From contig NZ_AP013043.1 in NCBI RefSeq assembly GCF_016592615.1, positions 390,001 through 422,000 of the forward strand: DNA of 32,000 nt. Reading direction: 5' to 3'. Below, one piece after another: positions 8,547 through 19,046 of this stretch (positions are counted from its first letter, which is position 1; the number at the start of each line of letters is the position of its first letter). A program made the translations under genes and the position numbers. This DNA is from Isorropodon fossajaponicum endosymbiont JTNG4 (GTDB lineage: Bacteria; Pseudomonadota; Gammaproteobacteria; PS1; Pseudothioglobaceae). The notes beneath the pieces are model-generated. The model saw nothing but the letters and a program-made list of their open reading frames with translations. It ran no database searches and had not been told where the DNA came from.

Positions 8547-8557
8547 TCATCACCTAT

Positions 8558-8633
<76 letters not shown>

Positions 8634-8705
8634 AATTTAAAGGCTTTTTTCCAAAAAAAGGATGAGTACAGGTCTTTTTATTATCGCCTTTGCAAGTGTT
8701 AACAT

Positions 8706-8779
8706 GGCTGGGTAGCAAAGCGGTTATGCAGGGGCCTGCAAAGCCTTACAGACCGGTTCGACTCCGGTCCCAGCCTCCA
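8706..8779 (+). tRNA. tRNA-Cys (anticodon GCA)
   Basis: The acceptor stem is GGCTGGG/CCCAGCC. The anticodon loop is CTGCAAA and the T-arm is CCGGTTCGACTCCGG. CCA is encoded. Length is 74 nt. Confidence 0.9.
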
Positions 8780-8857
8780 ACAAACACCTCATTTGATTTT
8801 TTTATTCTAAATCAAGTATTACACAGTCCAATCCTGCTTAACCCAAAAAAGCATGTA

Positions 8858-10069
8858 CTACTTTAGCGCCTTAAGACGCAAGCGCAATGCATTGAGCTTG
8901 ATAAATCCAGCAGCATCTTTTTGATTGTATGCGCCTTCATCGTCCTCAAAAGTGGCAATTTTTTCGCTGAATAAACTGTCCTTAGATTGTCGACCTACAA
9001 CAGTGACATTGCCCTTGTAGAATTTAAGGCGAACAATGCCATTGACTGTTTCTTGAGTGTTGTCAATGGCAGCTTGTAGCATTTCACGCTCTGGCGCAAA
9101 CCAAAAACCGTTATAAACCATTTCGGCGTATTTGGGCATTAGTTCATCCTTAAGATGTGCTGCTGCACGATCAAGGGTGAGTGATTCCATGGCGCGATGC
9201 GCCTTTAGTATGACAGTACCTGCAGGTGTTTCATAACAACCACGAGATTTCATACCCACAAAACGATTTTCCACAATATCATCACGACCAATACCATGTG
9301 CACCTGCACGTTTGTTTAAATCTTCCATCACTGAAGCGGGGCTCATTATTTCGCCATTGATGGCTACAATATCGCCTTTTTTGAAAGTAATTTCAACATA
9401 TTCTGCCTTGTCAGGCGCATTTTCAGGTGAAACTGTCCAACGCCACATATCCTCTTCAGGCTCTGCCCAAGGGTCTTCTAAAATATCGCCTTCATAAGAA
9501 ATATGAAGTAAATTTGCATCCATTGAGTAGGGGGGTTTTTTTGATTGCTTTTTGTAATCAATCTCAATACCGTGTTTTTGTGCATAATCCATTAAACTTT
9601 CACGCGAGGACAAATCCCATTCACGCCACGGCACAATCACTTGAATATGTGCATCCAGTGCATAAGCATTCAACTCAAAGCGAACTTGATCATTGCCCTT
9701 GCCTGTTGCACCGTGGCTGATTGCATCTGCACCTACCTGATGAGCGATTTCTACTAAGCGCTTAGAGATAAGCGGACGAGCAATGGAGGTACCTAATAAA
9801 TATTCACCTTCATAAATAGCATTAGCACGAAACATTGGGAATACAAAATCACGTGCAAATTCTTCACGCAAATCTTCAATGTAAACCTCTTTGACACCTG
9901 CAGATTTTGCCTTAGCGCGTGCAGGTTCTACCCCCTCACCTTGACCAATATCAGCTGTGAAGGTAACCACTTCACACTGATAAGTATCTTGTAGCCATTT
10001 AACAATAATGCTTGTATCTAGTCCGCCCGAATAGGCGAGTACCACTTTATTTATGTTTGTTTTGTCCAT
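8858..10069 (-). CDS. argG: argininosuccinate synthase
   Basis: 403 aa. It has the N-terminal [11 protein letters not shown]-loop, and the remainder is typical type-I ArgG sequence. Confidence 0.95.
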   Translation of the reverse strand: MDKTNINKVVLAYSGGLDTSIIVKWLQDTYQCEVVTFTADIGQGEGVEPARAKAKSAGVKEVYIEDLREEFARDFVFPMFRANAIYEGEYLLGTSIARPLISKRLVEIAHQVGADAISHGATGKGNDQVRFELNAYALDAHIQVIVPWREWDLSSRESLMDYAQKHGIEIDYKKQSKKPPYSMDANLLHISYEGDILEDPWAEPEEDMWRWTVSPENAPDKAEYVEITFKKGDIVAINGEIMSPASVMEDLNKRAGAHGIGRDDIVENRFVGMKSRGCYETPAGTVILKAHRAMESLTLDRAAAHLKDELMPKYAEMVYNGFWFAPEREMLQAAIDNTQETVNGIVRLKFYKGNVTVVGRQSKDSLFSEKIATFEDDEGAYNQKDAAGFIKLNALRLRLKALK

Positions 10070-10094
10070 GTTTTCTTTTAAAGCAAATACGACT

Positions 10095-10488
10095 TTACTC
10101 GTCTTTCTTTTTATATATGAATGTTTTGGTTAATAAAATTTCATTTTGTTGATTGAGCACTTCAACTTTCCACTCTCCTGTCCATGTGTGCCAAATATTT
10201 TTATTGACCACACACGCCAACGTTTTCCTTTAATGTTAAAACCAATCTCAGCTTTAACCTTGTCCTTATAACTCCAGCGATGTGTGATTTTATCGCCTGT
10301 TAAATTGCGAATATTAGTAAAAAAGTAAATTTTACCTAAAGTATCATCGGTCTCTGTAATTACCTCATGGGTACTCTATCCTTAATTGATCTGGCAAAAA
10401 CAGCATTTTATATATGCTCATGCGGCCAGCTTGCCAAAGTAGCATTAGCCAAAAACCCTAATAGTAATAATATATATTTTTTCATCAT
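10095..10488 (-). pseudogene. DUF2914-like exported protein with multiple lesions
   Basis: Hand translation gives the signal peptide MMKKYILLLLGFLANATLA. An in-frame TAA follows at 10410..10408. A frameshift lies near 10365..10372, before VITETDDTLGKIYFFTNIRNLTGDKITHRWSY...KGKRWRVWS. A second frameshift at a 5-nt homopolymer (10198..10202) precedes [27 protein letters not shown]. The G.RWR.WS.K...G.W.V.V pattern is what I recall for DUF2914. Confidence 0.55.
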
Positions 10489-10934
10489 TTCACCCGGTTA
10501 ATTATATGTAAATCAATCTCATCTTCATCTAACTCATTATCTAAAAAAGTGCGCCCACGTACAGAAATACCTGCTAAATGTACAGTTTCTACATCGCCAC
10601 TAATGAGTAGATACTAATCAAACAATGGCTTTTTCTCATGCAAAAGTCGATAGACATATGTACTTGGTAGCCGATTAAATTTATGACCCCAATCTGGGCT
10701 AATGGTTAAACAATCTGGCACCAGTTGTTGACGCATCTCATAATGTGGGCATTGGTAACTTTGCTCGTCTATATAACGACAAACCACATCAGTAAAATAA
10801 ATATCGCCCGTGTCTTCATCTTCCAGTTTGTGCAAACAACAACGCCCACAATTATCGCATAAGGACTCCCACTGTGAGTGTGTCATATCTTCTAATGCTG
10901 TATCTTCCCAAAAATTTGAAACATTGGTTGTCAT
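10485..10934 (-). pseudogene. ycgN: YcgN/UPF0260 cysteine-cluster protein with an in-frame amber codon
   Basis: The ORF 10614..10934 carries WESLCDNCGRCCLHK and ends at TAG 10616..10614. The same frame continues for 38 more codons (YLLISGDVETVHLAGISVRGRTFLDNELDEDEIDLHIINRVK*). These align with the C-terminus of E. coli YcgN as I remember it. The TAG sits where E. coli has Trp, so TGG to TAG is plausible. Confidence 0.7.
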
Positions 10935-10941
10935 AAAAAAT

Positions 10942-12939
10942 TTATAAATTAGCGATTAAATATAACAAAATACGTTTGCCTTGTTGGCTACCCTTTCGCG
11001 TTGTTATGCTTGCCCAATAATAAGCCTTATTGTAATCTGTCTGTACACCAACACCCTTCATATACATGATGGCCAAGGCGTTTTGTGATTGAGTAATGCT
11101 TTGGTTGGCAGACTGGCGCATGAGTATAAATGCCGCTCTATTATCTTTACGCACAACCTTGCCTTTGCCATAAAGCACACTTAAATTATATTGAGCAATA
11201 GGATTACCTTGTTCAACACTAACAAGTAATGCTTCCAAATTAGTACTTGAATTGGTATTGTAACTAAGCGACTTAGCAATCTCATTTTGATTGGGAATAA
11301 GACGGTTTATGTTGCCAAATAGTTGCTCGTTAAAATTAAAAATAGGATGTTGGGATGTTTTTGCCATAATTGGCTCGATAGTGATCACTGGCTTGATAAC
11401 GCTTTGAATGGTGCTTTTTTCTTGCTCATTCTGCACTGCTTGTTGCAATTTAGATGGTAACTTTTTCAACAATTTAACCGCTGATGCATTATTTTGATTA
11501 GCCGCTAATTCTAAATAATAAGTCGCCTCTTTAACCATGTCCTGATTAAGAAAAATTTTTCCTAATTGATATTGAGCTTTAGCATATCCTGCCTTTGCCG
11601 CTTTAAGTAAATAAGTTTTGGCTAACATCTCATCCTTAGCCACAGCGCTACCCTTGTTATAAATCAAATACAATTGATACTGCGACACTTGATGACCCTG
11701 TTCAGCCGCTTTTTGATACCAATAAGCAGCTTGTTTACTGTCTTTTTTAACACCTTGAGTCAATTGATAACGTAGTGCTAATGAATACTGCGCCAGCTTA
11801 TGCCCCGCTTGAGCGGCTTTTAATAGCCACTTTACTGCCACTTGATAATTTTTTTCAACACCTTCACCAAGTAAATATCTAAGTGCTAACGAGTATTGTG
11901 CACTTGTGAACCCTTGCTGGGCAGATTTTGTATATAGATCAAGAGCTTGATGGGTATCTTTTTCAACGCCATCGCCATTTAGATATAAAGTTGCTAAGTT
12001 GTATTGCGCTTGTGCGTGACCATTTTTCGCTGCTTTTTCATACCAAGCAACGGCACTGGATAAATTATGCTCAACTTTGGCACTTTTTCGATAAATTACA
12101 CCCACTAAAAATTGTGATTGCGCATCATTTTGATTAGCCGCCATTAATGCCCAATATAGAGCCTTAACATCATCTTGTTTGACCAAATAACCAATTCGAT
12201 ACAAGGCTGACAATCTAGCTTGTGCATCAACAAAACCCTGATCTGCAGATTTTTTATAATAATCTAATGCCTTACTAGAACCCCCTTCACGCTCATAAAA
12301 ATCAGCCAAGTAAAATTGTGCTTCAGGGTCAAATTGATTGGCCGCTGCTTCATACCACCGCTGTGCTAACGTTAAATCTCTATCAACACCAATACCTACT
12401 TCATATAACTTAGCAAGACTAAGTTGTGCTGCCCCATATCCCAATAATGCTGCTTTTTCATACCAATACAAGGCCTTAACATTATCAACGGATGTACCCT
12501 TACCAAGACGATACATCATCGCTAAATTATACTGCGCATTCACAAAATCTTGTGTGGCTGATTTTTCATACCAATATAATGCTTGTTCTAAATCTTTACC
12601 GACCCCTAAGCCATAATAATAACTATTAGCCGCGTTAAATTGCGCGCTTGCATAACCTTGTTCAGCCACCTGCAAGTACCAATAAAAAGCCAATTTATCG
12701 TCTACTATTACAGTAATACCATTATGATACATATTGGCTAAACTAAATTGCGATCTAGCATCGCCACGCTTGGCTGATTTTTTTAATTTAGTTAGTAACT
12801 GTTTAGCAGACAATGGTGCGTCTAATTGAGGTGCGTCTAATTGCTGTTGGACAGCTTGATTATCATCAATAGGTTGTAGAATTTGCAATGCCTGTATTGG
12901 CAAAGAGAATAAAAGAACAAGGTAGATAAATTTAATCAT
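10942..12939 (-). CDS. secreted Sel1-like (SLR/TPR-family) repeat protein
   Basis: 665 aa with the signal-like N-terminus MIKFIYLVLLFSLPIQA. About a dozen tandem repeats of roughly 36 aa follow the pattern A.YWY.KAA.QG...AQ..L..(M/L)Y..G.GV..D. A non-repeat Q/N/S-rich linker of about 90 aa follows, then 2-3 more Sel1-like repeats at the C-terminus. Confidence 0.9.
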   Translation of the reverse strand: MIKFIYLVLLFSLPIQALQILQPIDDNQAVQQQLDAPQLDAPLSAKQLLTKLKKSAKRGDARSQFSLANMYHNGITVIVDDKLAFYWYLQVAEQGYASAQFNAANSYYYGLGVGKDLEQALYWYEKSATQDFVNAQYNLAMMYRLGKGTSVDNVKALYWYEKAALLGYGAAQLSLAKLYEVGIGVDRDLTLAQRWYEAAANQFDPEAQFYLADFYEREGGSSKALDYYKKSADQGFVDAQARLSALYRIGYLVKQDDVKALYWALMAANQNDAQSQFLVGVIYRKSAKVEHNLSSAVAWYEKAAKNGHAQAQYNLATLYLNGDGVEKDTHQALDLYTKSAQQGFTSAQYSLALRYLLGEGVEKNYQVAVKWLLKAAQAGHKLAQYSLALRYQLTQGVKKDSKQAAYWYQKAAEQGHQVSQYQLYLIYNKGSAVAKDEMLAKTYLLKAAKAGYAKAQYQLGKIFLNQDMVKEATYYLELAANQNNASAVKLLKKLPSKLQQAVQNEQEKSTIQSVIKPVITIEPIMAKTSQHPIFNFNEQLFGNINRLIPNQNEIAKSLSYNTNSSTNLEALLVSVEQGNPIAQYNLSVLYGKGKVVRKDNRAAFILMRQSANQSITQSQNALAIMYMKGVGVQTDYNKAYYWASITTRKGSQQGKRILLYLIANL
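12815..12844. repeat. 15-bp tandem duplication inside the Sel1 gene (encodes QLDAP QLDAP)
   Basis: GGTGCGTCTAATTGA followed by GGTGCGTCTAATTGC, 29 of 30 positions consistent with a perfect duplication. It is in frame and lies just after the signal peptide. Confidence 0.8.
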
Positions 12940-12988
12940 GGGTTTTTTGTTTTTGGCTAATTAAAATCATCCCTATTTTAATCTGAGT

Positions 12989-13870
12989 TCAGCTAATTTG
13001 TGTTAATAATCGATTAATGCCTATCGCCACACCCGCACATTGAGGCAAAGGCTTGTTAAGCTTAGATAAAAATGAGTCATCAATCTGTAGTATAGGCTTG
13101 CCAAGCTGCTTGCGTTTGGTGATTTCACATGTAAAAACTTGCTGGTATTCACCCTTAGTTTGCAACTCGTCATAGCCATTTGCCACTTCAATGCCATTTA
13201 AATACAATTCAAAACGATGTGCCACTTGGTTTTTAACTTTGGCAAGTGCAGATTGTGATTCGGGATAATCATAAATAAAGCACAGGGGTAGATTTTTTAA
13301 CTTCGGCTCAACTAAATGCACAAATAGCAACATTTGCAACTCTTCAATCCATGCAAAATCAGTGCCCAAACCTAATTTCGAAGCGATTACTTTAAGCGCA
13401 TCAAAATCAGTATTTAAAACATCAATATCTGCGTATTGACTAAAAACTTGAGCATAGGATAATTGATGCACTTTATCTTGAAGGCCTAATGCTTGCAACA
13501 AATTAACCATATCAGCCATTAACTGATGAATATCAAAACCTAAGCGATAATATTCAAGCAAAGTAAATTCATTAGAATTACGCTCACCGTATTCGTTATC
13601 ACGGAACACTTGGCAAATTTGATAAATATCCCCACTACCTTGCGCCAACAGCTTTTTCATTTCTAACTCTGGGGAGGTGTGTAGATACTGAATGCTTTGC
13701 ATGCCGATATCAGCGTTCATACTCAATGAAATACTGTCAATATAAACATCACTCGTTGGTGCGTTTATCAGTGTTGGTGTGTGAACTTCTAAGACTGCTT
13801 GTTGTTCAAAGAACTGTCTAATTTTTTGAATAACTCGCCGTCTTTTAATCAGCCCTGATTTACCTTGCAT
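12989..13870 (-). CDS. epmA: elongation factor P--(R)-beta-lysine ligase (class II LysRS paralogue)
   Basis: 293 aa resembling EpmA/PoxA/GenX (RRRVIQKIRQFFEQQAVLEVHTP..., class II aaRS motif-like FRDNE and GVAIGINRL). It lies next to efp, whose PGKGQAF loop carries the modifiable Lys. Confidence 0.85.
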   Translation of the reverse strand: MQGKSGLIKRRRVIQKIRQFFEQQAVLEVHTPTLINAPTSDVYIDSISLSMNADIGMQSIQYLHTSPELEMKKLLAQGSGDIYQICQVFRDNEYGERNSNEFTLLEYYRLGFDIHQLMADMVNLLQALGLQDKVHQLSYAQVFSQYADIDVLNTDFDALKVIASKLGLGTDFAWIEELQMLLFVHLVEPKLKNLPLCFIYDYPESQSALAKVKNQVAHRFELYLNGIEVANGYDELQTKGEYQQVFTCEITKRKQLGKPILQIDDSFLSKLNKPLPQCAGVAIGINRLLTQIS

Positions 13871-13930
13871 GCTTTAATCATTAAATAAAAATTTCATTTT
13901 CTAGCGAACCATACAAGAAAAAATTGACCA

Positions 13931-14494
13931 CTACACACGCCCTGTATATTCATTAGTACGCGTATCTACTTTCACTTTATCACCAATACCAACAAAAAGA
14001 GGCACTTGCACCACAACCCCTGTGTTCATTGTCGCTGGCTTACCACCTGTGCCCGCAGTATCACCTTTTAAGCCTGGATCAGTATCGAGCACTTCAAGAA
14101 TAACATGATTAGGCGGGGTCACTGAAATAGGATTATCATTCCAAAGCGTCACCGTACACATGTCCTGTTCAACCAAATAACCTTTAGCATCACTCATAGC
14201 AGTACCATCAATGGCATATTGCTCAAATGAGTCTAGGTCCATAAAATTCCATGCACTGCCATCATTATAAAGATATTGTAAATCCAATTCCATTACATCA
14301 GCACCCTCTAAAGACTCACCAGACTTAAAAGTTTTAATCAGTGTTTTGCCAGTAATTAAGTCTTTAAATTTAACTCGATTAAACGCTTGACCCTTACCAG
14401 GTTTAACAATTTCGTTATTCACAATCGAGCAAGGATTACCATCTAGCATAAGTTTTAAGCCGTTTTTGAATCGGTTGGTAGCGTAATTTGCCAT
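13931..14494 (-). CDS. efp: translation elongation factor P
   Basis: 187 aa of typical EF-P sequence, with KPGKGQAF and the C-terminal [14 protein letters not shown]. Confidence 0.95.
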   Translation of the reverse strand: MANYATNRFKNGLKLMLDGNPCSIVNNEIVKPGKGQAFNRVKFKDLITGKTLIKTFKSGESLEGADVMELDLQYLYNDGSAWNFMDLDSFEQYAIDGTAMSDAKGYLVEQDMCTVTLWNDNPISVTPPNHVILEVLDTDPGLKGDTAGTGGKPATMNTGVVVQVPLFVGIGDKVKVDTRTNEYTGRV

Positions 14495-14548
14495 TTTTTA
14501 AAAAGTTTGCGTGTAAAATTATTAGACGTTTTATTTTACTCATTTTTC

Positions 14549-15709
14549 ATGCACATACACGAATACCAAGCTAAAACATTATTTAGCCATAGACACATTC
14601 AAATTCCCAAAGGCATTCTTATTGATAGAACTGCCAAAGCTAGCGGTGCTTGCAAGGCCTTGGGGGGTGATGTTTGGGTTGTTAAAGCTCAAGTTCATGC
14701 TGGGGGGCGTGGCAAGGGTGGTGGTGTTGTTTTGTGTCGTAGCGTTGAAGAGGTTGAGCATGCGTGTAGTCAACTATTAGGCTCGCAACTTGTCACGCCA
14801 CAAACAGATGTTAAAGGGTTGCCAGTAGGTCAATTATTAATTGAAGCGGGGCAAAATATTGAGTGTGAATTGTATCTTGGTTTGTTAATTGACAGGCAAA
14901 CGCAAAAAATAACTGTTTTGACCTCTACTGAGGGTGGCATAGATATTGAAAAAGTTGCCAGTGAAACGCCTGATAAAATCATTAAATTTGGTATTGATCC
15001 ACTGGGCAGTTTATCTGTGCAAGATTGCACCTTAATAGCAGAAAAACTAGGACTTAATGTTGAACTCACTAAACAATTTAACAGCACTCTTTTGGGCTTG
15101 TATGAAATTTTTACTCAAAAAGATGTTAATTTGATTGAAATTAATCCACTTATTGTTACTCAAGAAAACCAATTATTGGCACTTGATGGCAAGATTGATT
15201 TTGATGATAATGCGCTGTATCGCCATGAAGATATTGCCAAATTACGCGATATTTCACAAGAGGACGAAAAAGAAAGACTTGCCAGTGAATATCAACTTAA
15301 CTATATCTCGCTTGATGGCAGTATTGGTTGCATGGTGAATGGTGCAGGATTGGCAATGGCAACAATGGATTTAATTGAGCATTTTGGTGGCTCACCTGCT
15401 AATTTTTTAGATGTGGGTGGTGGAACCACTGCTGACAGGGTTGCTAAAGCCTTTGAACTGATTCAAACTGAGGTGAATGTTAAAGGCATTTTGGTGAATA
15501 TTTTTGGCGGTATTGTACGCTGTGATTTAATCGCACAAGGTATATTACAAGCCATCAAAACAGTTGGCTTAACCCTACCAATTGTAGTGCGCTTGGAAGG
15601 CACTAACGCCCCAGAAGGGTTAAACTTACTTGGTAAGTCCGAATTTAATATCCATGTAGAATCTGATTTAACCAAAGCCGCTATAAAAATTGTGGAGTTG
15701 ACTAAATGA
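14549..15709 (+). CDS. sucC: succinate--CoA ligase (ADP-forming) beta subunit
   Basis: I place the start at ATG 14549 ([12 protein letters not shown]..., matching the conserved M.LHEYQAK start). The track start at 14507 adds 14 non-homologous residues. ATP-grasp and ligase-CoA domain sequence runs throughout. Confidence 0.95.
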   Translation: MHIHEYQAKTLFSHRHIQIPKGILIDRTAKASGACKALGGDVWVVKAQVHAGGRGKGGGVVLCRSVEEVEHACSQLLGSQLVTPQTDVKGLPVGQLLIEAGQNIECELYLGLLIDRQTQKITVLTSTEGGIDIEKVASETPDKIIKFGIDPLGSLSVQDCTLIAEKLGLNVELTKQFNSTLLGLYEIFTQKDVNLIEINPLIVTQENQLLALDGKIDFDDNALYRHEDIAKLRDISQEDEKERLASEYQLNYISLDGSIGCMVNGAGLAMATMDLIEHFGGSPANFLDVGGGTTADRVAKAFELIQTEVNVKGILVNIFGGIVRCDLIAQGILQAIKTVGLTLPIVVRLEGTNAPEGLNLLGKSEFNIHVESDLTKAAIKIVELTK

Positions 15710-16575
15710 GTGTTCTAATTGACAAAAATACACGAGTAATCACTCAAGGCTTTACAGGTAAACAAGGCACATTCCACTCGCAGCAATCCATTGCCTATGG
15801 CACACAATTTGTCGGTGGCGTAACGCCAAACAAAGGCGGGCAAAAGCACCTAGATTTGCCTGTTTTTAACACAGTAGCGCAGGCGATGAATGAAACGGGT
15901 GCTAATGCCAGCATGATTTACGTGCCACCCCAATTTGCTTATGCCTCAATACTTGAAGCTATTGAAGCACAAATACCCGTGATTGCTTGCATTACTGAAG
16001 GCATTCCCGTGCAAGATATGCTTAAAATTAAAGCCATTTTAAAAACATCAGATTCAATGTTGATTGGCCCTAACTGTCCAGGTGTCATTACACCTGATGA
16101 GTGCAAATTAGGCATTATGCCTGGCAACATTCACCAAACTGGTAGTGTTGGTGTCATATCTCGCTCAGGCACACTAACCTATGAAGCCGTACACCAAACC
16201 ACCCAAGCAGGCTTAGGGCAGAGCACTTGCATTGGCATTGGCGGCGACCCCATTCAAGGCATGAGTTTTATTGATTGCCTAGCCCTATTTGAGGCCGACC
16301 CACAAACCCAGTCCATCATTATGGTGGGTGAAATTGGTGGCTCAGCTGAAGAGGAAGCAGCGGAATACATCCAATCTCATGTGTCCAAACCTGTGGTGTC
16401 TTATATTGCAGGGCTGAGTGCGCCAAAAGGCAAACGTATGGGGCATGCAGGTGCAGTGATTAGTGCTGGCACTGGCAAAGCAATCGATAAAATCAACGCC
16501 TTAAAAAAAGTCGGCGTAGCAATTGCGCCCACACCCGCAACCATGGGCAAAACCTTACTTGAAGTATTGGCATGA
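15706..16575 (+). CDS. sucD: succinate--CoA ligase alpha subunit
   Basis: 289 aa with [12 protein letters not shown], the phosphohistidine loop MGHAGAVIS, and an ATGA overlap with sucC. Confidence 0.95.
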   Translation: MSVLIDKNTRVITQGFTGKQGTFHSQQSIAYGTQFVGGVTPNKGGQKHLDLPVFNTVAQAMNETGANASMIYVPPQFAYASILEAIEAQIPVIACITEGIPVQDMLKIKAILKTSDSMLIGPNCPGVITPDECKLGIMPGNIHQTGSVGVISRSGTLTYEAVHQTTQAGLGQSTCIGIGGDPIQGMSFIDCLALFEADPQTQSIIMVGEIGGSAEEEAAEYIQSHVSKPVVSYIAGLSAPKGKRMGHAGAVISAGTGKAIDKINALKKVGVAIAPTPATMGKTLLEVLA

Positions 16576-16760
16576 AAAACCCCATTGTTATCTTAGGTAT
16601 TGGTGAGTTGGTGAGTGTTTTCTCTCGTGGTTTTTTAAAGAATAATTACCCTGTTTACCTCATCACCCGACAAACTAATATTGATGAGTTGGCAAATACC
16701 ATCAGTCCAGAATTTATCTTAGTTTGCACAGCAGAAGCTGATTTACAAACCCCACTGTGA
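16572..16760 (+). pseudogene. probable 5' remnant of a Rossmann-fold gene (62 codons only)
   Basis: The start overlaps the sucD stop (ATGA coupling). The sequence [33 protein letters not shown]...FILVCTAEADL looks like the beta-alpha-beta N-terminus of an NAD(P)-binding protein of about 250-300 aa. It terminates where the truncated queA arrives from the other strand. Confidence 0.3.
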
Positions 16761-17501
16761 TTTCAGCCTGGTTTGAAAAAAAGATACGCCCACCATTTGC
16801 CTTGGTTTGGTTAATTTTGTTAATGGTTGCTTGGCTAATCTCAAACGTCTCGCTGTGCATAACATGGTCTTTAATGTTGTCAGTTTTGACAGGGACAAAC
16901 GTACCTGCACCAACATGCAGTGTAACAAATGAGTGATTAATGCCTTGTTTTTTAACTCTGTTAACAATTTATCATCAAAATGTAGCCCTGCGGTTGGCGC
17001 ATCTTGGGATGCGTACACAGTTTGGTAGCGGCTTAAGTCTTGAGCATTATCTGCTCTTTCAATATAAGGGGGTAATAGGGTATGGCCAATATTACCAAGC
17101 AAATCAAGTAAAGAATTGGTTTTAAATATTAGCGTATAAAAGCTGTTGTTCTTTTGCTGAACTGTGACGTGAACGCCATTTTCTAAAATAATGTAGCTGC
17201 CGACTTTAGGTGCCCTGCTGACCCTAATCATTGCTAGTGCTTGATTTTCATCTAAAAGGCGTTCAATCATAATTTCAACTTTACCGCCTGTTGCTTTTGC
17301 ACCAAACCAGCGCGCTGGAATAACTTTGGTATTATTCATTATCAGTAAATCACCTGATTGAAGAAAATCGCCTATTTGATTAAATTGTGCATCTATAATG
17401 CTTGATTGCTTGACTAAAAGTCGTGAATCTGTTCTATTTTTTGGTGGATTTTGGGCGATAAGTGAGGCGGGTAAATCAAAATCAAAATCTTTTAATTGCA
17501 T
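16743..17501 (-). pseudogene. queA: S-adenosylmethionine:tRNA ribosyltransferase-isomerase, frameshifted and 3'-truncated
   Basis: The N-terminus MQLKDFDFDLPASLIAQNPPKNRTDSRLL... is typical QueA up to ...PTAGLHFDDKLLTELKNK. After a 6-nt homopolymer (16948..16953) the homology moves to another frame (GINHSFVTLHVGAGTFVPVKTDNIKDHVMHSETFEISQATINKINQTKANGGRI). All similarity stops near 16790, and the expected IAVGTTS... and the last ~110 aa are absent. Confidence 0.8.
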
Positions 17502-18099
17502 GGTTTTTGCTAAGTAAGCAAGGCTCGTTTAGTAGCTCTAAAACTTGATAAGTAGCAGTAACAATAGCGCGTGGGGTAATGGTTGCACCAGTAAACGCGT
17601 CAAATGTACCGCCGTCTCGTTTCACTTTCCAATCTGTCTTACCTGGATTTGAGAGTGAAAGCCCAAGAAATTGCTTAATCCAATTTGATTTTTTAAGCTC
17701 AACTTTATCACCCAAGCCCGGGGTTTCTTTATGTGTTATAATGCGAACACCTAGAAGTTTTTTGTCAACACCCACGCCTGTTAATAGGCGAATATCACCG
17801 TTATAACCATTGGGGTAGGTGTGTTCAATCAAATAGGCAAATATTTTATGATTTTTTTTTGCTGGATAGATATTAACAACTTGTGTTACGTTGTGTAATT
17901 TAAGCGTTTTGGTGTATTTATCTGCCAATATATCATTACTATAATCACTAACCAGCTCACCCAAACGTTGGATTAATAATTGCTTTTCATTGTAAGCAAT
18001 AACGTCTTTGGTGTTGGTTTGTGTCAGTGAGACAAAAAATACACTCACCACTGTGAATACAAACAATAAAACCCCTGATTTTAAAATAGCACGTAACAT
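17482..18099 (-). CDS. rnfG: Rnf/Rsx electron transport complex subunit G
   Basis: 205 aa with an N-terminal membrane anchor and the FMN-attachment motif TGATITPRA. It lies directly downstream of rnfD. Confidence 0.9.
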   Translation of the reverse strand: MLRAILKSGVLLFVFTVVSVFFVSLTQTNTKDVIAYNEKQLLIQRLGELVSDYSNDILADKYTKTLKLHNVTQVVNIYPAKKNHKIFAYLIEHTYPNGYNGDIRLLTGVGVDKKLLGVRIITHKETPGLGDKVELKKSNWIKQFLGLSLSNPGKTDWKVKRDGGTFDAFTGATITPRAIVTATYQVLELLNEPCLLSKNHAIKRF

Positions 18100-19046
18100 T
18101 ATCTCCCAAATACCTTGGGTTGCGTAAAGCTATCAATAAGTGGTGCGGTCATGTTCATTAATAATACTGCAAAGGCAATACCATCAGGATAGCCACCAAA
18201 AGTGCGGATGATAACAATTAATACACCTATCAAAAAGCCATAAATTATTCTGCCTTTGGGTGTGGTGCTGGCAGACACTGGGTCGGTTGCAATAAAAAAT
18301 GCACCTAACATCGTACCACCGAGCATAAGATGATTTTGAGTAGGCAAGTATAAATCAGTGTTGCTAACAAACAATAATATTGAACTAATCACAATACCTG
18401 CTAAAAAAGCCACCGGAATTTGCCAAAAAATAACCTTTCTGAGTAGTAAATACAAACCACCCAATAAAAACCCTGCATTAATCCACGCTTGAGAGGTTGA
18501 ATGTAGATCTAATTGTTGAATTGAGCCTGCGAGTGACAAGCCGTTTTTTACCTCATCCAGTTTTGTTGCGCCACTAATGACATCAATATTACTTAAATCA
18601 AACACCACGTCTAAAGTTTGACTAAGGCTTAAAAAATCAACCTGCCAAGTGCTCATTTGTAGCGGATAAGAAATCAGTAAAAATACGTAGCCTAGCATGG
18701 CAGGATTAAATGGATTATTACCCAAACCACCGTACAACTGCTTGCCAAAAATAATCGCAAAACTCACCCCCACTACAATCACCCACCACGGTGCAATACT
18801 AGGAATAGAAATGGCGAGCAGGATTGCTGTGAGCACTGCTGAGCCATCACTAATTGAGCTGATAACATCACGACCTCTAAGTGCTAGAAATGCTGATTCA
18901 ACTACCATAGCTGTGACCACACCCAGTGTTATTTGCAACAAAATACCCCAGCCAAAGAAATAATAAGCCGCCATCACACCTAATACTAAGGCATAAATTA
19001 CTTGGCGCATCATCCATGAAGTTGAGCTAAATATTGATATCATCAT
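18099..19046 (-). CDS. rnfD: Rnf/Rsx electron transport complex subunit D
   Basis: 315-aa polytopic membrane protein with the SGATKLD FMN-binding-type motif, in the NqrB/RnfD family pattern. Confidence 0.9.
   Translation of the reverse strand: MMISIFSSTSWMMRQVIYALVLGVMAAYYFFGWGILLQITLGVVTAMVVESAFLALRGRDVISSISDGSAVLTAILLAISIPSIAPWWVIVVGVSFAIIFGKQLYGGLGNNPFNPAMLGYVFLLISYPLQMSTWQVDFLSLSQTLDVVFDLSNIDVISGATKLDEVKNGLSLAGSIQQLDLHSTSQAWINAGFLLGGLYLLLRKVIFWQIPVAFLAGIVISSILLFVSNTDLYLPTQNHLMLGGTMLGAFFIATDPVSASTTPKGRIIYGFLIGVLIVIIRTFGGYPDGIAFAVLLMNMTAPLIDSFTQPKVFGR

Noticed and set aside
14507-14548. Upstream start for sucC (MRVKLLDVLFYSFF).
   Set aside because: The conserved SucC N-terminus M.(L/I)HEYQAK begins at ATG 14549, and the extension has no homology.
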